A DNA stretch of 64,000 bases from Candidatus Bathyarchaeota archaeon (GCA_963739305.1 CAVTZU010000001.1:551-64550); one strand, 5' to 3'. Numbered from the stretch's first letter, positions 1 through 10,364 are shown. Notes: generated by a model from the sequence alone, not told the origin. A program made the numbers and translations.

Positions 1-2
1 TG

Positions 3-221
3 TCAAGTTCTCCTTCCTTTCTCCCCAATTCGTCGCGGTCTCGCACTCCTGAAATCATTGTCTAAATCATCTTTCAGAGGATGTCCTGCTATTTCGCAGG
101 CATGAGCAACGACCCTATACTGTCGCTCATCCAGCACACGTCTCACATCATGAGCTGCCAATGCGAAAAGCTGAAGCGCTGCATCGCAAGTATCCATGAA
201 GTTCTCATCACCTTCGCTCAA
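3..221 (-). CDS. hypothetical protein, C-terminus cut by the window edge; downstream partner of the nucleotidyltransferase gene (possible HEPN-like partner)
   Basis: The ATG at 221 overlaps the stop of the upstream ORF (ATGA, 4-nt overlap). No firm motif; the call rests on context only. Confidence 0.35.
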   Translation of the reverse strand: MSEGDENFMDTCDAALQLFALAAHDVRRVLDERQYRVVAHACEIAGHPLKDDLDNDFRSARPRRIGEKGRRT

Positions 222-814
222 CGCAGCGCTCTAAACCGCTGTCCATTTTGTCCCATTTCTGCCGAAACAAGGTCCCACAACTGGTTTTCAGAATCATATA
301 AGATTCGGTGATGCACCGCTAAGATTTGCGCCAGGTGAATTGCCAGCAGAGACCGTTGAACTGCTGCGGAATTTTTTTGCCCTAATTCCAGGTTCCCGAT
401 CAATTTATGAACTTCTTCAGCCCAGCCTGTCAGCTCTTCGGCAACCCATTTGTCTGCTCGTATGCCTAGAAGCTCCCAGCGCCATTCACGGGCTTCTCGC
501 TTCAATGCCTCCGCGATGCCCTTGGGATCATAGATTATCTTTGCGCTGCGCCATGCGGGGACGATTCCTCCAACCTTGCGGGCTTCTGAAAGCCGCATGG
601 TGATTTCTGGCGGTTTCCCAAGACACGGAGAACAAGAATCCCTGAAATCGTTCGAGCTCATAGCGGATCCTCTTCCTATCGCGTGGATGTCGATGTCTGA
701 TTCCTTATAGGCGTCACCTCTCGCCCAGCTTCCAAAGAGAACTACTGCCTCGGCACCTTGATCTATGAGCTTCCGAGAAACCATTCTAGCCGTCTGCAAG
801 ACTCGCTTGTCCAT
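218..814 (-). CDS. nucleotidyltransferase-domain protein (minimal pol-beta-type NTase N-terminus plus a helical C-terminal domain)
   Basis: LFGSWARGDAYKESDIDI matches the GS-x(9-10)-DxD NTase signature. Confidence 0.75.
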   Translation of the reverse strand: MDKRVLQTARMVSRKLIDQGAEAVVLFGSWARGDAYKESDIDIHAIGRGSAMSSNDFRDSCSPCLGKPPEITMRLSEARKVGGIVPAWRSAKIIYDPKGIAEALKREAREWRWELLGIRADKWVAEELTGWAEEVHKLIGNLELGQKNSAAVQRSLLAIHLAQILAVHHRILYDSENQLWDLVSAEMGQNGQRFRALR

Positions 815-1419
815 CTCACAAATTCCTCTGCAACGTCAACTGTTTCTTCTTCATGCTCTTCTATTCATTCCCTCCAGAAACAATGTCTGGTGCAAGTTTA
901 GCCGAATAATCTGAAGATGAAGAGCCTTCTCGGTGGGATTCATTGCGGTTGAAGTTGTGTTGAAGACTTTACGAACACCTCGGTCCGATTCTCCACCATC
1001 TCCATCCAAACTTGCGGTGCGAAGGACGGTTGTCAGCTGATTGCGGGCTTTTCTCCAAAGAATACGTCTCGAAAATAGTGAAGAGTGAAAACTATAAAGA
1101 AAAGGGAAACCAGTGAGAGACCTATTCCTACAACCGCTAGGTAGAAAGACGGACTATGCAGCCGTGACATGTAGGTAAGGGTATCATCTAACGTGCTCGA
1201 TATGCCCGACCAATGATATCCCACACACCAAGAAAAACAGTCCAAATAAGATGTAGACAAAAGCAAGCGTTCTAACGTTCATGCTCTTCGTTCCCCAGGC
1301 AACGCAACAAATGCCACGATAACATCTGGGAACAAGAACATTTAAGTCTTGAGACAATCGCATTTTCCTAGTCAGGTCAGTTTCTTCAAGTGACAAACTA
1401 CCGCAAACAGGTCTCGTTT

Positions 1420-1507
1420 TGGTGCGGGGGATGGGACTTGAACCCATGAACGCCTGCGCGACAAGGTCCTAAGCCTTGCTCCTTTGACCAAGCTCGGAAA
1501 CCCCCGC
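1420..1507 (-). tRNA. tRNA-Leu (anticodon UAG), CCA encoded
   Basis: Manual cloverleaf on the reverse complement: acceptor GCGGGGG/CCCCCGC; anticodon stem CAAGG/CCTTG with loop CTTAGGA; long variable arm; T-arm ATGGG-TTCAAGT-CCCAT; then A-CCA. Confidence 0.9.
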
Positions 1508-1618
1508 TCATCAACCAGCTAGGTGTTGAATTTCACCGTCTTCTTTTATATGTTTAGCCCACAACCTTAGGAACGCTTAAAACATAAGAAACATTTCCGT
1601 AACTAGTAAACACGAAGT

Positions 1619-1695
1619 GCCTCGGTAGCCTAGCCCGGTGGGGCTCCGCCTTGGTAAGGCGGGGGTCGCGGGTTCGAATCCCGCCCGAGGCTCCA
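1619..1695 (+). tRNA. tRNA-Thr (anticodon GGU), CCA encoded
   Basis: Acceptor GCCTCGG/CCGAGGC; D-stem GCCT/GGGC; anticodon stem CCGCC/GGCGG with loop TTGGTAA; T-arm GCGGG-TTCGAAT-CCCGC; then T-CCA. Confidence 0.9.
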
Positions 1696-1773
1696 CCTAG
1701 CTTTAAGACAGACTTCGTGGAAGACCCGAAAATCATATAACTTAAGGCATCTAATTCGCCAAGCGGTGTTGCT

Positions 1774-2017
1774 GTGAGTTCCGAGAGACAATTCACTGCC
1801 GAAGAATTGAAACAATACAATGGAAAGGATGGAAAACCAGCTTACATTGCCTACAAAGGCAAGGTCTATGACGTCACCGATGATTTTCTTTGGGTCGAAG
1901 GTGACCATCAAGGGGAACACTACTGCTGGCGTAGACCTTACCGAAGAAATGTCGCGTGCCCCTCACTTGGAAGACGTGCTTGAAAGGGTCAAACTGATCG
2001 GAGTTCTGACAAAGTAG
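1774..2017 (+). pseudogene. cytochrome b5-like heme/steroid-binding domain protein with a +1 frame break near 1921
   Basis: The frame from 1774 gives FTAEELKQYNGKDGKPAYIAYKGKVYDVT..LWVEGDHQGEH. The family continuation TAGVDLTEEMSRAPHLEDVLERVKLIGVL lies in the next frame (ORF 1820..2017). Confidence 0.7.
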
Positions 2018-2128
2018 GAAAAGAAAAAAGAAATCCGCCTTGTTTTTGAGTAGATTCTTATTTCGTCAAATTCGTAGCACGACAAAACATTAAAAGAAAA
2101 TAGACTAGGAAAGTGTTCTTGTGAGAAC

Positions 2129-3604
2129 ATGAAAGAAAAGGAATTGTTTTGGCCTTTACATAGACGGAAAATGGGTTGAATCCGTCTCGGGAGAGACTTT
2201 TCCCACCGACAATCCAGCAAAGCCGAAACAAGTTCTAGGCACTTTTCAGAAGGGAAACAAGGAAGACGTCACCGCGCCATCGAAGCAGCCGAAGCTAGAT
2301 TTGAGAACTGGAGTGAAATGCCTGCACCGAAGAGAGGTTTAATTCTCCTCAGAGCCGCCCACCTGCTGCGCTTGCACAAGGAGAAACTGGCGAGGGAGAT
2401 GACCATGGAAATGGGAAAGGTCATCAGTGAAGCAAGAGGCGATGTTCAGGAGGCAATTGACATAACGGAATACATGGCCGGTGAGGGCAGAAGACTCTTC
2501 GGACAAACGACACCTTCGGAACTGAGGAAGAAACTCTGCATGACGGTGAGGCGACCGGTCGGCGTGTGTGGCATCATAACGCCATGGAACTTTCCTATAG
2601 CGATTCCCGCGTGGAAGATAATGACCGCACTCATCTGTGGAAACACCGTGGTTTTCAAACCATCATCGGACACTCCACTATGTGCAGCTCGACTTGTTGA
2701 GGTGCTCGAGAAAGCAGGATTGCCGCGAGGTGTGTTAAACATGGTCACGGGTTCCGGTGAAGACGTAGGCATGAACGTCGTCAGAAATGAAAAAGTCAGG
2801 GCCATTTCGTTTACCGGACACAAGGACACCGGAGCTGCAATCTTGAAGGAAGCTGGGCTGAAGCGGGTAGGCCTGGAGATGGGAGGCAAAAACGGAATCA
2901 TAGTAATGGATGATGCTGACCTGCAGCTTGCATTGGACGGCGTCATCTGGGGCGGGTTCGGGACAACAGGACAGAGATGCACCGCGGCTTCACGCGTAAT
3001 AGTTCACGAAAAGGTCAGGAAAGAATTTGAGAACATGCTCGTAGGAAGAATAAGAAAACTGAAGTTGGGAGACGGACTCAAACCTGACACAGATGTGGGT
3101 CCATTGATAAACAAGGCCGCGCAGCTGAAAAGCGCCGATTACGTGGAAATCGGAAAACGAGAAGGCGCAAAACTCCTAGTGGGCGGAAAGATACCGAAAA
3201 TGGAAGGGTTCTTTTTTGAGCCGACATTGTTCACAGACTGCTCAATCGACATGCGAATCACCCAGGAAGAAATCTTCGGTCCAGTCGTCTCACTTATTCC
3301 GGTGAACGACTTTGACGAGGCAATCGAAACAATCAACTCGACCGAGTACGGTTTAAGCTCGGCAATCTACACGAGAGACCTGAACAAAGCCTTGGAAGCA
3401 GCCATGAAGATTGAGGCAGGGCTGACCTACATCAACTCAAGCACGATCGGATCAGAAGTCCATCTTCCCTTCGGCGGAGTCAAACACACGGGTGTCGGAG
3501 CACGAGAAGGAGGAATCGAGGGAATAAACGAGTTCTCAGAGACAAAGACAGTGTATATTGATTACTCGGGAAAACTGCAAAAAGCCCAAATCGATCTAGA
3601 CTAA
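2129..3604 (+). pseudogene. aldehyde dehydrogenase family protein; frame broken twice within the first ~50 codons, intact from 2318
   Basis: The 428-aa ORF shows ALDH motifs (ITPWNFP, FTGHKDTG, LEMGGKN, GQRCTA, EEIFGPV). The missing N-terminus reads MKEKELF (frame of 2129), then GLYIDGKWVESVSGETF..NPA..KEDVTA (frame of 2151), then AIEAAEARFENWSEMPAPKRG (frame of 2318). Confidence 0.85.
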
Positions 3605-3697
3605 AACGCGTCGTCACAAGATAATACTCATGCTAAGACACAGTTAAATAATTTATATATGGACAGCAAGCAATGAGGATACAGAGGGAACTGGTTA

Positions 3698-4396
3698 TTG
3701 CCCCTTGACCTCCCAGAGATCATAATCATCGTGATAGGGGCAATCATCGTCGTTGCAATCGTAGTTTTTGGCATGACGAGGCGTGGCAAGAAGAAAACCT
3801 CGAAAAACCCAGAAATTCCACTCGAACCAAGAATCTCTCCATTCAAAGTCACGAAGAGTGTTCCCTCAGACGATGCCACTCACGCGAAGGACGAGCTTCG
3901 AATATTAGACCTGGAAAGGGAGATTCTCAGCGACGCCATAAGACGATTGTACGAGGCCCAAGCTGAAGGAAAAATCACGGAGCAGGAAAGAGAACGACTG
4001 GCACAGATGTACAAAACCAGAATGATGACGATCAAAGATGCAATCTCAAAAGATGAGTCTCTTGTTGCTTTGCACGAGCTTGAGACGATGCAAGAAGATC
4101 TTATGAAACTTTTCAGCGAACGTTTCGATGAATTGAACACGAAGATTGGGGAACTTCGGTCGAAAACAGACTTGAAGCCGATAAAAGAGATAACTGTGAT
4201 GCCCAAGCTGGAGGAAGCCGAGGCCGGAGCCCCATCAGACGAAAAAACTTCTGGTGAAGAAAAATCAAAGAAGAAGAGAAAGCCGCCTACACCAAAATCC
4301 AGTCCTCGAACTGAAGCTGAAAAAAGAATAGAGGAAATCCGTTCTGAAGTTGAAAAGGTTCTAGACCGATTGGGGCAGATGGAAATTGACTCCTAA
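3698..4396 (+). CDS. membrane-anchored coiled-coil protein with a basic/acidic tail (hypothetical)
   Basis: N-terminal hydrophobic helix IIIIVIGAIIVVAIVVFG followed by RRGKKK, then heptad-like charged sequence. The TTG start is uncertain. Confidence 0.5.
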   Translation: MPLDLPEIIIIVIGAIIVVAIVVFGMTRRGKKKTSKNPEIPLEPRISPFKVTKSVPSDDATHAKDELRILDLEREILSDAIRRLYEAQAEGKITEQERERLAQMYKTRMMTIKDAISKDESLVALHELETMQEDLMKLFSERFDELNTKIGELRSKTDLKPIKEITVMPKLEEAEAGAPSDEKTSGEEKSKKKRKPPTPKSSPRTEAEKRIEEIRSEVEKVLDRLGQMEIDS

Positions 4397-5093
4397 TCGA
4401 GGCAACATTGAAAAAGCGAAAAGAAACGCGGCGGCAGAAGCTGCAAAGCACGTCAAAGATGGCCTCTTCATAGGCTTAGGAAGCGGAAGCACGGCGGCCT
4501 ACGCAATAGAAGAAATCGGAAGAAAGATCAAAAAAGAACGAATTCACGTTACGGGTGTCCCAACGTCGTATCAAGCTTTCATGGTTGCCCTTAGAAACGG
4601 AATCCCCATTACGACTCTCGAGGAGCATCCTGTTTTGGATCTGACGATTGACGGCGCAGATCAAGTGGACAAAGATCTGAACCTAATAAAAGGAATGGGC
4701 GGAGCTCTTGCAAGAGAGAAAGTCGTTGCCTTCGCCTCCAGATACAACGTAATCGTTGCTGACGAGAATAAAAAAGTCAGTTTCCTCGGCGAAAACAACC
4801 AACCCGTCCCAGTAGAAGTCTTACCTTTCGCAGTTTCACTCGTAGACCGCAAGTTAAGGGACATGAAAGGAAAACCTGTTCTCAGAGAAGGAAAAGGAAA
4901 GGTTGGACCAGTCATCACAGACAACGGGAACGTAATCTTGGACGTGGACTTCGGAGTAATACACAAACCTGGCGAGTTGGAGAAAAGGCTGAAAACTCTT
5001 TCCGGAGTCGTGGAAACAGGGCTATTTATTGAAATTGCCAACGTCGTTTACATCGGAACGAACTCCGGAACAGAGAAACTCATGAGAAAGTAA
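4386..5093 (+). CDS. rpiA: ribose-5-phosphate isomerase A
   Basis: GLGSGSTAAY, DGADQVD and KGMGGALAREK motifs. Apparent TTG start. Confidence 0.85.
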   Translation: MTPNRGNIEKAKRNAAAEAAKHVKDGLFIGLGSGSTAAYAIEEIGRKIKKERIHVTGVPTSYQAFMVALRNGIPITTLEEHPVLDLTIDGADQVDKDLNLIKGMGGALAREKVVAFASRYNVIVADENKKVSFLGENNQPVPVEVLPFAVSLVDRKLRDMKGKPVLREGKGKVGPVITDNGNVILDVDFGVIHKPGELEKRLKTLSGVVETGLFIEIANVVYIGTNSGTEKLMRK

Positions 5094-5122
5094 AGTTTCC
5101 GTTCTCGAATGGAGCACGTGCC

Positions 5123-5425
5123 CTACTTGAAAAGTGTCTGGAAGCATTCCTGGTGGTAGTGTCTTCTCTCTTCTCCGTTGGAATCTCTAACGATGACTTG
5201 CTCATCCGGGTTCAATGCGTGACCGCACTTGTCGCAAAGAGACATCTTTTCGGCGATGCATTCAATGCGCTCAGACTCCATCCTTCTCAGTTCCTCACAC
5301 TTGCGCTTCAGCTCTGCGACTCTTCCCTTCAATTCTTGCAGTTTGCAAAGAGTGTTTTCTATTTTCTCCTTTATCTCGTATGGTTCTTCGTGGACGTGCT
5401 CCCCTATCTCCATTTTTTCCAACAT
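5123..5425 (-). CDS. hypothetical coiled-coil protein with a C-terminal Cys/His cluster
   Basis: Start taken at MLEKMEIGEH. CDKCGH...HYHQEC lies at the C-terminus. A TATA-like TTATATATT sits about 40 nt upstream on the minus strand (5465-5473). Confidence 0.5.
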   Translation of the reverse strand: MLEKMEIGEHVHEEPYEIKEKIENTLCKLQELKGRVAELKRKCEELRRMESERIECIAEKMSLCDKCGHALNPDEQVIVRDSNGEERRHYHQECFQTLFK

Positions 5426-5504
5426 CCTGCCTTTCCTTCTTCGACGATTCATAAATGGTATCTTAATATATAATAGTTTATTCTCGTACCGCAATATTCC
5501 AAAA

Positions 5505-5550
5505 TAGAAAACCAAACACTCAAAATCATGGACCCGCGACGTTCTTGGAA
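5505..5550 (+). repeat. left copy of an imperfect direct repeat bounding the 5.5-11.3 kb island
   Basis: tagaaaaccaaacactcaaaatcatggacccgcgacgttcttggaa aligns with 11235-11281, with 5 substitutions and 1 indel (manual alignment). Confidence 0.6.
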
Positions 5551-5725
5551 TATTTCCAAGTTTGTTCTAGAAAAAGAAAAAAGGATAACAGAGAACAACC
5601 AAGTTTTCCTCTATAGCAATACCAGAATCAGACAAGACCATAGAGAATGTGTTGTGTCATTGTGTCTGATCGTACCAAGAAACAGAATTATTAGTTGCAG
5701 TTGTCACAGTGGTTAAGGGTTGCGT

Positions 5726-6103
5726 TTGAGAAAGAAGTCTGTTCTAATTGTTCTGGTGATTCTTGTAATTGGTGTGGTTGGAACAGGTCTTTCAGCAATT
5801 TATGAAACAAGAATGGCAACCTACAGAAATAACAGCAGGAAGTGGTGACACATCCAAGATATCTTGTGGCTTTCCACTCAGTTGGTATGGACATACACAG
5901 ACAACACATGGTACTTTAACCATAATAACCCTCAATCAATTTCTAAGTTGTATTGGTTCTCATCAGAATCACTTCTAATGGATGCTGCATTCTGGTTTGC
6001 CATCAGTTTCTTCGTGGCACAGGGGCTTATTGCCATAATTAAATCAGTAAACATGTTGCACAAGACAAGAGTTTCAAAGAAACTGTCTGTTATTAACATA
6101 TAG
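5726..6103 (+). pseudogene. small two-TM membrane protein, copy 1 of a duplicated module, with an in-frame TGA at 5846-5848
   Basis: A single frame from TTG 5726 reads RKKSVLIVLVILVIGVVGTGLSAIY...RKW*...WFSSESLLMDAAFWFAISFF...KKLSVINI*. It is homologous at the DNA level to 48443-48787. Confidence 0.55.
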
Positions 6104-6292
6104 AGCTAGAAATGAGCTTAGTTTTGGCTGTTTTAATGGTTAATTGCTCGTTCTTTGAGCTTCTTCAACAATGATATGATTGTGAAGACTAACGATCTGA
6201 GGCAATCCATAGAAGCCCCATTAGTGCTGAAGCTGCATAAGTTGGAATTTCTGGATGATCCCAGATCGTAATACTTGGCTCCACAAGGTTGC

Positions 6293-6616
6293 TCACTCCA
6301 GCAACATGTCATACCCGACCATTGCCCACAATGTAGCTAAACTTCCCCATAGAATTAGAAAAATGTTGAAGATCGGTCTGAAAGACATTGACTCATTTTT
6401 CCTGTATCCCAAGAGACACAGAGCAATGCCACAGACTTGAATGACTATGATCGGAATGACTAGTCCTGAAGAGCAACGCCTGCAGAAAGTTTGGTCCCAC
6501 ACAAAGAGCGCTGTTCCCACGGAGAGCGAGTACTGAGAATCAGAAGCAAGACAAAAGAAAGAATAGGACTTAGACAGATACGTATAGTAACCCGTAGATA
6601 AATAGCCCATCTTCAT
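6293..6616 (-). CDS. hypothetical membrane protein
   Basis: 107-aa ORF with hydrophobic segments in an AT-rich island. No recognisable motif. Confidence 0.3.
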   Translation of the reverse strand: MKMGYLSTGYYTYLSKSYSFFCLASDSQYSLSVGTALFVWDQTFCRRCSSGLVIPIIVIQVCGIALCLLGYRKNESMSFRPIFNIFLILWGSLATLWAMVGYDMLLE

Positions 6617-6957
6617 CAGAAAACAATAGACAAGATTGAACTTTTAATTCTTCTGATCAAACCCTTTCTCACATGGATTTCAGATGGTCTCGAGAAGTTT
6701 TTCATCGTAGTTAGAGACTGTTACTGTACCGACATGTAGAACTGGAATTGAGAGCTAAAGCCAAGATTCATCCTAAGGCAAACAACCTAGGTTTTGTCCA
6801 TACCAAAGATTACGTAGTAAGTGTAGAAAAGTCTGCGTAGGAAAGAAAAAGTCGAAAAGGAGATTTTGCTTTTTGCTAGCCATGCCAACACAAAGAGTTA
6901 AGATTCATCCATAAGTCATAATTACTGATACAACCAGTATGATTAGGGGGGCACACC

Positions 6958-8655
6958 TTGAGTACAAGGTTGGTTCTCATTCTTGTTTTTCTGATGCTTC
7001 TTGTTAGTCTGGGGTATCCAAGATTTGAACAAAATAGGGTGAGAGCCTCTGATGGCTACCCTGTTCATAACCTCAACACAGGTTTGAACTACACGACAAT
7101 TCAGGAGGCTATCAATGCTAACGAGACTTTGGATGGACACGTAATACACGTAGATGCTAGAACATACTATGAACACATAGCAATACACAAGTCAATAACG
7201 CTCCTCGGAGAAAACAAAAGCACAACCACCATTGATGGAAACGAGACTGGTACAGTTGTTTCGATAACCGCAAACGACACGACGATAAAGGGGTTTACAA
7301 TTGAAAATACCAATTGGTTTGGTATCGATGTCTCAGCATCAAATAACGTCACGATTGAAGATAACGAAGTTATCAAAGCATTTTATGGCATACGGCTTGA
7401 CGAGTCTAGCGAATGTAGAGTTACAAGGAATATTGTTGAAAACAACACTTTTCTGGGAATGCTGCTTGCCGACTCCACAAACAATATTCTGAGGGAAAAC
7501 CAAATGGCGAACAACGTTGAAAACTTTGGGGTCTGGGGTATTTCGCTGGCTCCTTTTGTTAACGACGTTGATAACTCAAATATCGTCGACGGAAAGCCAA
7601 TCTACTACCTAGTCAATCAATACAACAAACAGATTACTAATAATGCTGGACTCGCAATAGTTGTGAATTGTACGAATATCACAGTCAAGAATCTGAACGT
7701 GATGAACGAAGACATGGGAGCGATGTTCCGATTCACCAATTCTTCTTCCGTGGAAAACAGCACGGTCCGCAATTGCACCTATGGCATTGACCTTTTCTAT
7801 TCTTGCAACAACACAATCGTCAACAACCAAGTATTCAACAACACTGAGGGCATCTCGTTGCGATGGTCTTATGAAAACCGTGTCTTTGGCGATACATCAA
7901 CATCGAATGGAGACGGAATCTACCTTTACTCCTCAGGCAGGAACATAATAGTTAACAATGAATTCTCATTCAGTGGCGGTTATGGAATAGACTTTGGAGA
8001 ATCAACCGACAATTCTTTCTATCACAACAATATAGTTAATAACAAAGCGAATTTCGACTCTCAATCTTATGGTAACAACTTTTGGGACAATGGTTTGGAA
8101 GGTAACTACTGGAGTGACTACAATGGAACAGACAGCAATCGGGATGGCATAGGTGATATACCATACATTATTGATGAAAACAACACAGACCGCTATCCTC
8201 TGATGGGTACATTTCAGAGTTTCAATGTTTCAACTTGGAATCATCCTAATGATGGATTTGAAGAAGCGGATGTAATCAGCAACATCACCATCTCAAGTCT
8301 TGACTTGTATGAGTGGTTGACTACTCCAAACCAGTATCTCCAAGCAGGACAGCCATTTCTCAGATTAGTACCAGTTCAAGAACAGAACATGACTGCAGGC
8401 TTCTGCAGAATTACATTGCCAAGCGGCATACTGAACGGATCATCCTACACAGTCTTGATTGACCTGACTCCAATCAATGCTAGCAAACTGGCTATATCAA
8501 ACGACACACATACCACTCTGTATTTCACTTTCAACTCCTCTGCCCTTGAAGGAATAATCATAGTTCCAGAGTTTCCATCATTCCTGGTTCTACCATTATT
8601 CATGATGGCGGCATCACTGGCAGAAATAGTCTGCAAGAGAAGACATGTGACCTGA
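6958..8655 (+). CDS. secreted right-handed beta-helix (NosD/CASH-like) surface protein with a PEF-CTERM sorting signal
   Basis: TTG start; signal-peptide-like LVLILVFLMLLVSL; many N-x-S/T sequons; beta-helix repeat pattern; NYWSDYNGTDSNRDGIGDIPY motif; C-terminal PEFPSFLVLPLFMMAASLAEIVCKRRH. Confidence 0.8.
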   Translation: MSTRLVLILVFLMLLVSLGYPRFEQNRVRASDGYPVHNLNTGLNYTTIQEAINANETLDGHVIHVDARTYYEHIAIHKSITLLGENKSTTTIDGNETGTVVSITANDTTIKGFTIENTNWFGIDVSASNNVTIEDNEVIKAFYGIRLDESSECRVTRNIVENNTFLGMLLADSTNNILRENQMANNVENFGVWGISLAPFVNDVDNSNIVDGKPIYYLVNQYNKQITNNAGLAIVVNCTNITVKNLNVMNEDMGAMFRFTNSSSVENSTVRNCTYGIDLFYSCNNTIVNNQVFNNTEGISLRWSYENRVFGDTSTSNGDGIYLYSSGRNIIVNNEFSFSGGYGIDFGESTDNSFYHNNIVNNKANFDSQSYGNNFWDNGLEGNYWSDYNGTDSNRDGIGDIPYIIDENNTDRYPLMGTFQSFNVSTWNHPNDGFEEADVISNITISSLDLYEWLTTPNQYLQAGQPFLRLVPVQEQNMTAGFCRITLPSGILNGSSYTVLIDLTPINASKLAISNDTHTTLYFTFNSSALEGIIIVPEFPSFLVLPLFMMAASLAEIVCKRRHVT

Positions 8656-8768
8656 GTAGAGCCTTATCTTTTCCTTTACTACCCTTGAAAACTAACAGAA
8701 GATCACTTTTGAAAAAGACAGAAATCTTAAATCTGCACGATAACAGAAGACAACCTAGTGATGTAAAA

Positions 8769-9578
8769 ATGGTTGATACAAAACCGAACGGGACGAAGCC
8801 AAGTGGAACGCTAACGTTTGAGCCGAAACGAGGAAAAGTTGTTGGAAGAAATATTGCCATCGCACTCGGAATAATCTGCATAGTTCTTGTAGCAGGTCTA
8901 GCCGTGGTGATATACATGGCTTATTCTCCCACAGCGAGCACTTCAACTACAAGTCTTCAAAGCCAAATCAATGACCTTAATTCAACTTACAACAGCTACA
9001 AGTCTACCCACAGTCACACAAATGACGAATTCAACTCTTTGAGTTCACAGAATGCGAATCTACAGAATCAATACGACACCTACGTTGGTGACCACAACTA
9101 TACTAACGAGGAATACCAGAATCTTCAGAACCAATACAACGCTTATGTTGGTGACCATAGCCATACTGATGAAGAATACAATTCTTTGAGTTCGCAAAAC
9201 ACAAATCTTCAAAACCAAACTACGAATCTTCAAAATCAAGTAAATGACCTTAACAATACTCTTAATTTAGATAAATCTACGATTTGGGTCAACAACCAAA
9301 CCATAAGTGAACCCGCAAATTCATATATTGCATCGAATTTTGCAGCTAACTATGCAGGGTATGTTTCTGTTTTGGTTCAGAATTCCTCGACTACGACCAC
9401 CTATGTTCGAGTGATTTATTCTTCAAACGGTGTCAATTATGACAATCAAATAACCGTCGGAACAGGTGGCACAGCAGTCTTCCCAATTCTACCCTCTGGA
9501 AGCATCGAGGTCAGGGTCGGCAACACAGATCTTATCACTGGCCATAACCAAACCCTAACAATAACATACCACTACTAG
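8769..9578 (+). CDS. type II membrane-anchored protein with an N/Q-rich repeat stalk and a C-terminal beta-rich domain (hypothetical)
   Basis: Start chosen at MVDTKPNG. TM helix IAIALGIICIVLVAGLAVVIY. Internal repeats NSLSSQNxNLQNQ and YVGDHxxTxEEY. Confidence 0.6.
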   Translation: MVDTKPNGTKPSGTLTFEPKRGKVVGRNIAIALGIICIVLVAGLAVVIYMAYSPTASTSTTSLQSQINDLNSTYNSYKSTHSHTNDEFNSLSSQNANLQNQYDTYVGDHNYTNEEYQNLQNQYNAYVGDHSHTDEEYNSLSSQNTNLQNQTTNLQNQVNDLNNTLNLDKSTIWVNNQTISEPANSYIASNFAANYAGYVSVLVQNSSTTTTYVRVIYSSNGVNYDNQITVGTGGTAVFPILPSGSIEVRVGNTDLITGHNQTLTITYHY

Positions 9579-9767
9579 CACCATTTCTTTTTTCTAGTTC
9601 AAACTATGCTGAACAAAAAGGCTTTAGTCAAGCTTTAGAAAAGAATATGAGAAAGAAGGGAAAACTTATCTCAAAACGACATTGTGTTTCCCTTCGTCTG
9701 CAATGCCTCTTATGTCTTGTTCAAAGTTTTTTAAGCAAGTCAAAACAAATACAAATTCGGTGAAGGC

Positions 9768-9992
9768 ATGAACTCAGGCGCGCTAGGTGCATTCGTTTTA
9801 GCAATTGGTGGAGCAATCTCATTTGAAGCACTATATGATTTATTAGAAGTGTACAAGTGGAATAGCACTTCAAGCTTTGGCTCTCCAAGTTTCGGCCCAG
9901 ACATTATGGGTTTTATAGGTTTTTTGTTTGTAGGCATTGGTCTTTGGCTAATTGTCCTAAGTGGAAAACCCGAAATGAAAGAGAATGTCTAA
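9768..9992 (+). CDS. small hypothetical membrane protein
   Basis: 74-aa ORF with two hydrophobic segments. Confidence 0.3.
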   Translation: MNSGALGAFVLAIGGAISFEALYDLLEVYKWNSTSSFGSPSFGPDIMGFIGFLFVGIGLWLIVLSGKPEMKENV

Positions 9993-10172
9993 GTTTCTCA
10001 GAGTAGGAGTATAATCAAAACAACAGGACCAAAAATACCGAATAGAGAAAGAAGAAGCGCGCGCGGAGAAATCGATTTAGCAACAGGCTGGCGTGCCTAC
10101 AAAGGAATAAATGCCACTTTCGACCATTTTAAGTGTAAGCCAGCGTGCAATTGGTTGGTTGAGGTCATATAA

Positions 10173-10364
10173 ATGGCAAGACGACTGATGGTAGCTAGGG
10201 CACTATTGATAGCTGCAATAGTATTGTTATGCTTTTTGATGTATATCTTCTATTTTGCGAAGATTGTGCAGCCTGGATCTTGGGTTGGGGAGACGCTTCT
10301 TATTGCGGCATTCCTGCTAATAGCTGCAGGTGGTTTTGTTTCAGTCCGGGACAAAGAGCGATAG
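10173..10364 (+). CDS. small hypothetical membrane protein
   Basis: 63-aa ORF with two hydrophobic helices (ALLIAAIVLLCFLMYIFYF and LLIAAFLLIAAGGFV). Confidence 0.35.
   Translation: MARRLMVARALLIAAIVLLCFLMYIFYFAKIVQPGSWVGETLLIAAFLLIAAGGFVSVRDKER

Noticed and set aside
1184-1447. The 87-aa ORF on the minus strand.
   Set aside because: Its N-terminal half runs through the tRNA-Leu gene. At most the last ~33 codons (from ATG 1282) could be real.
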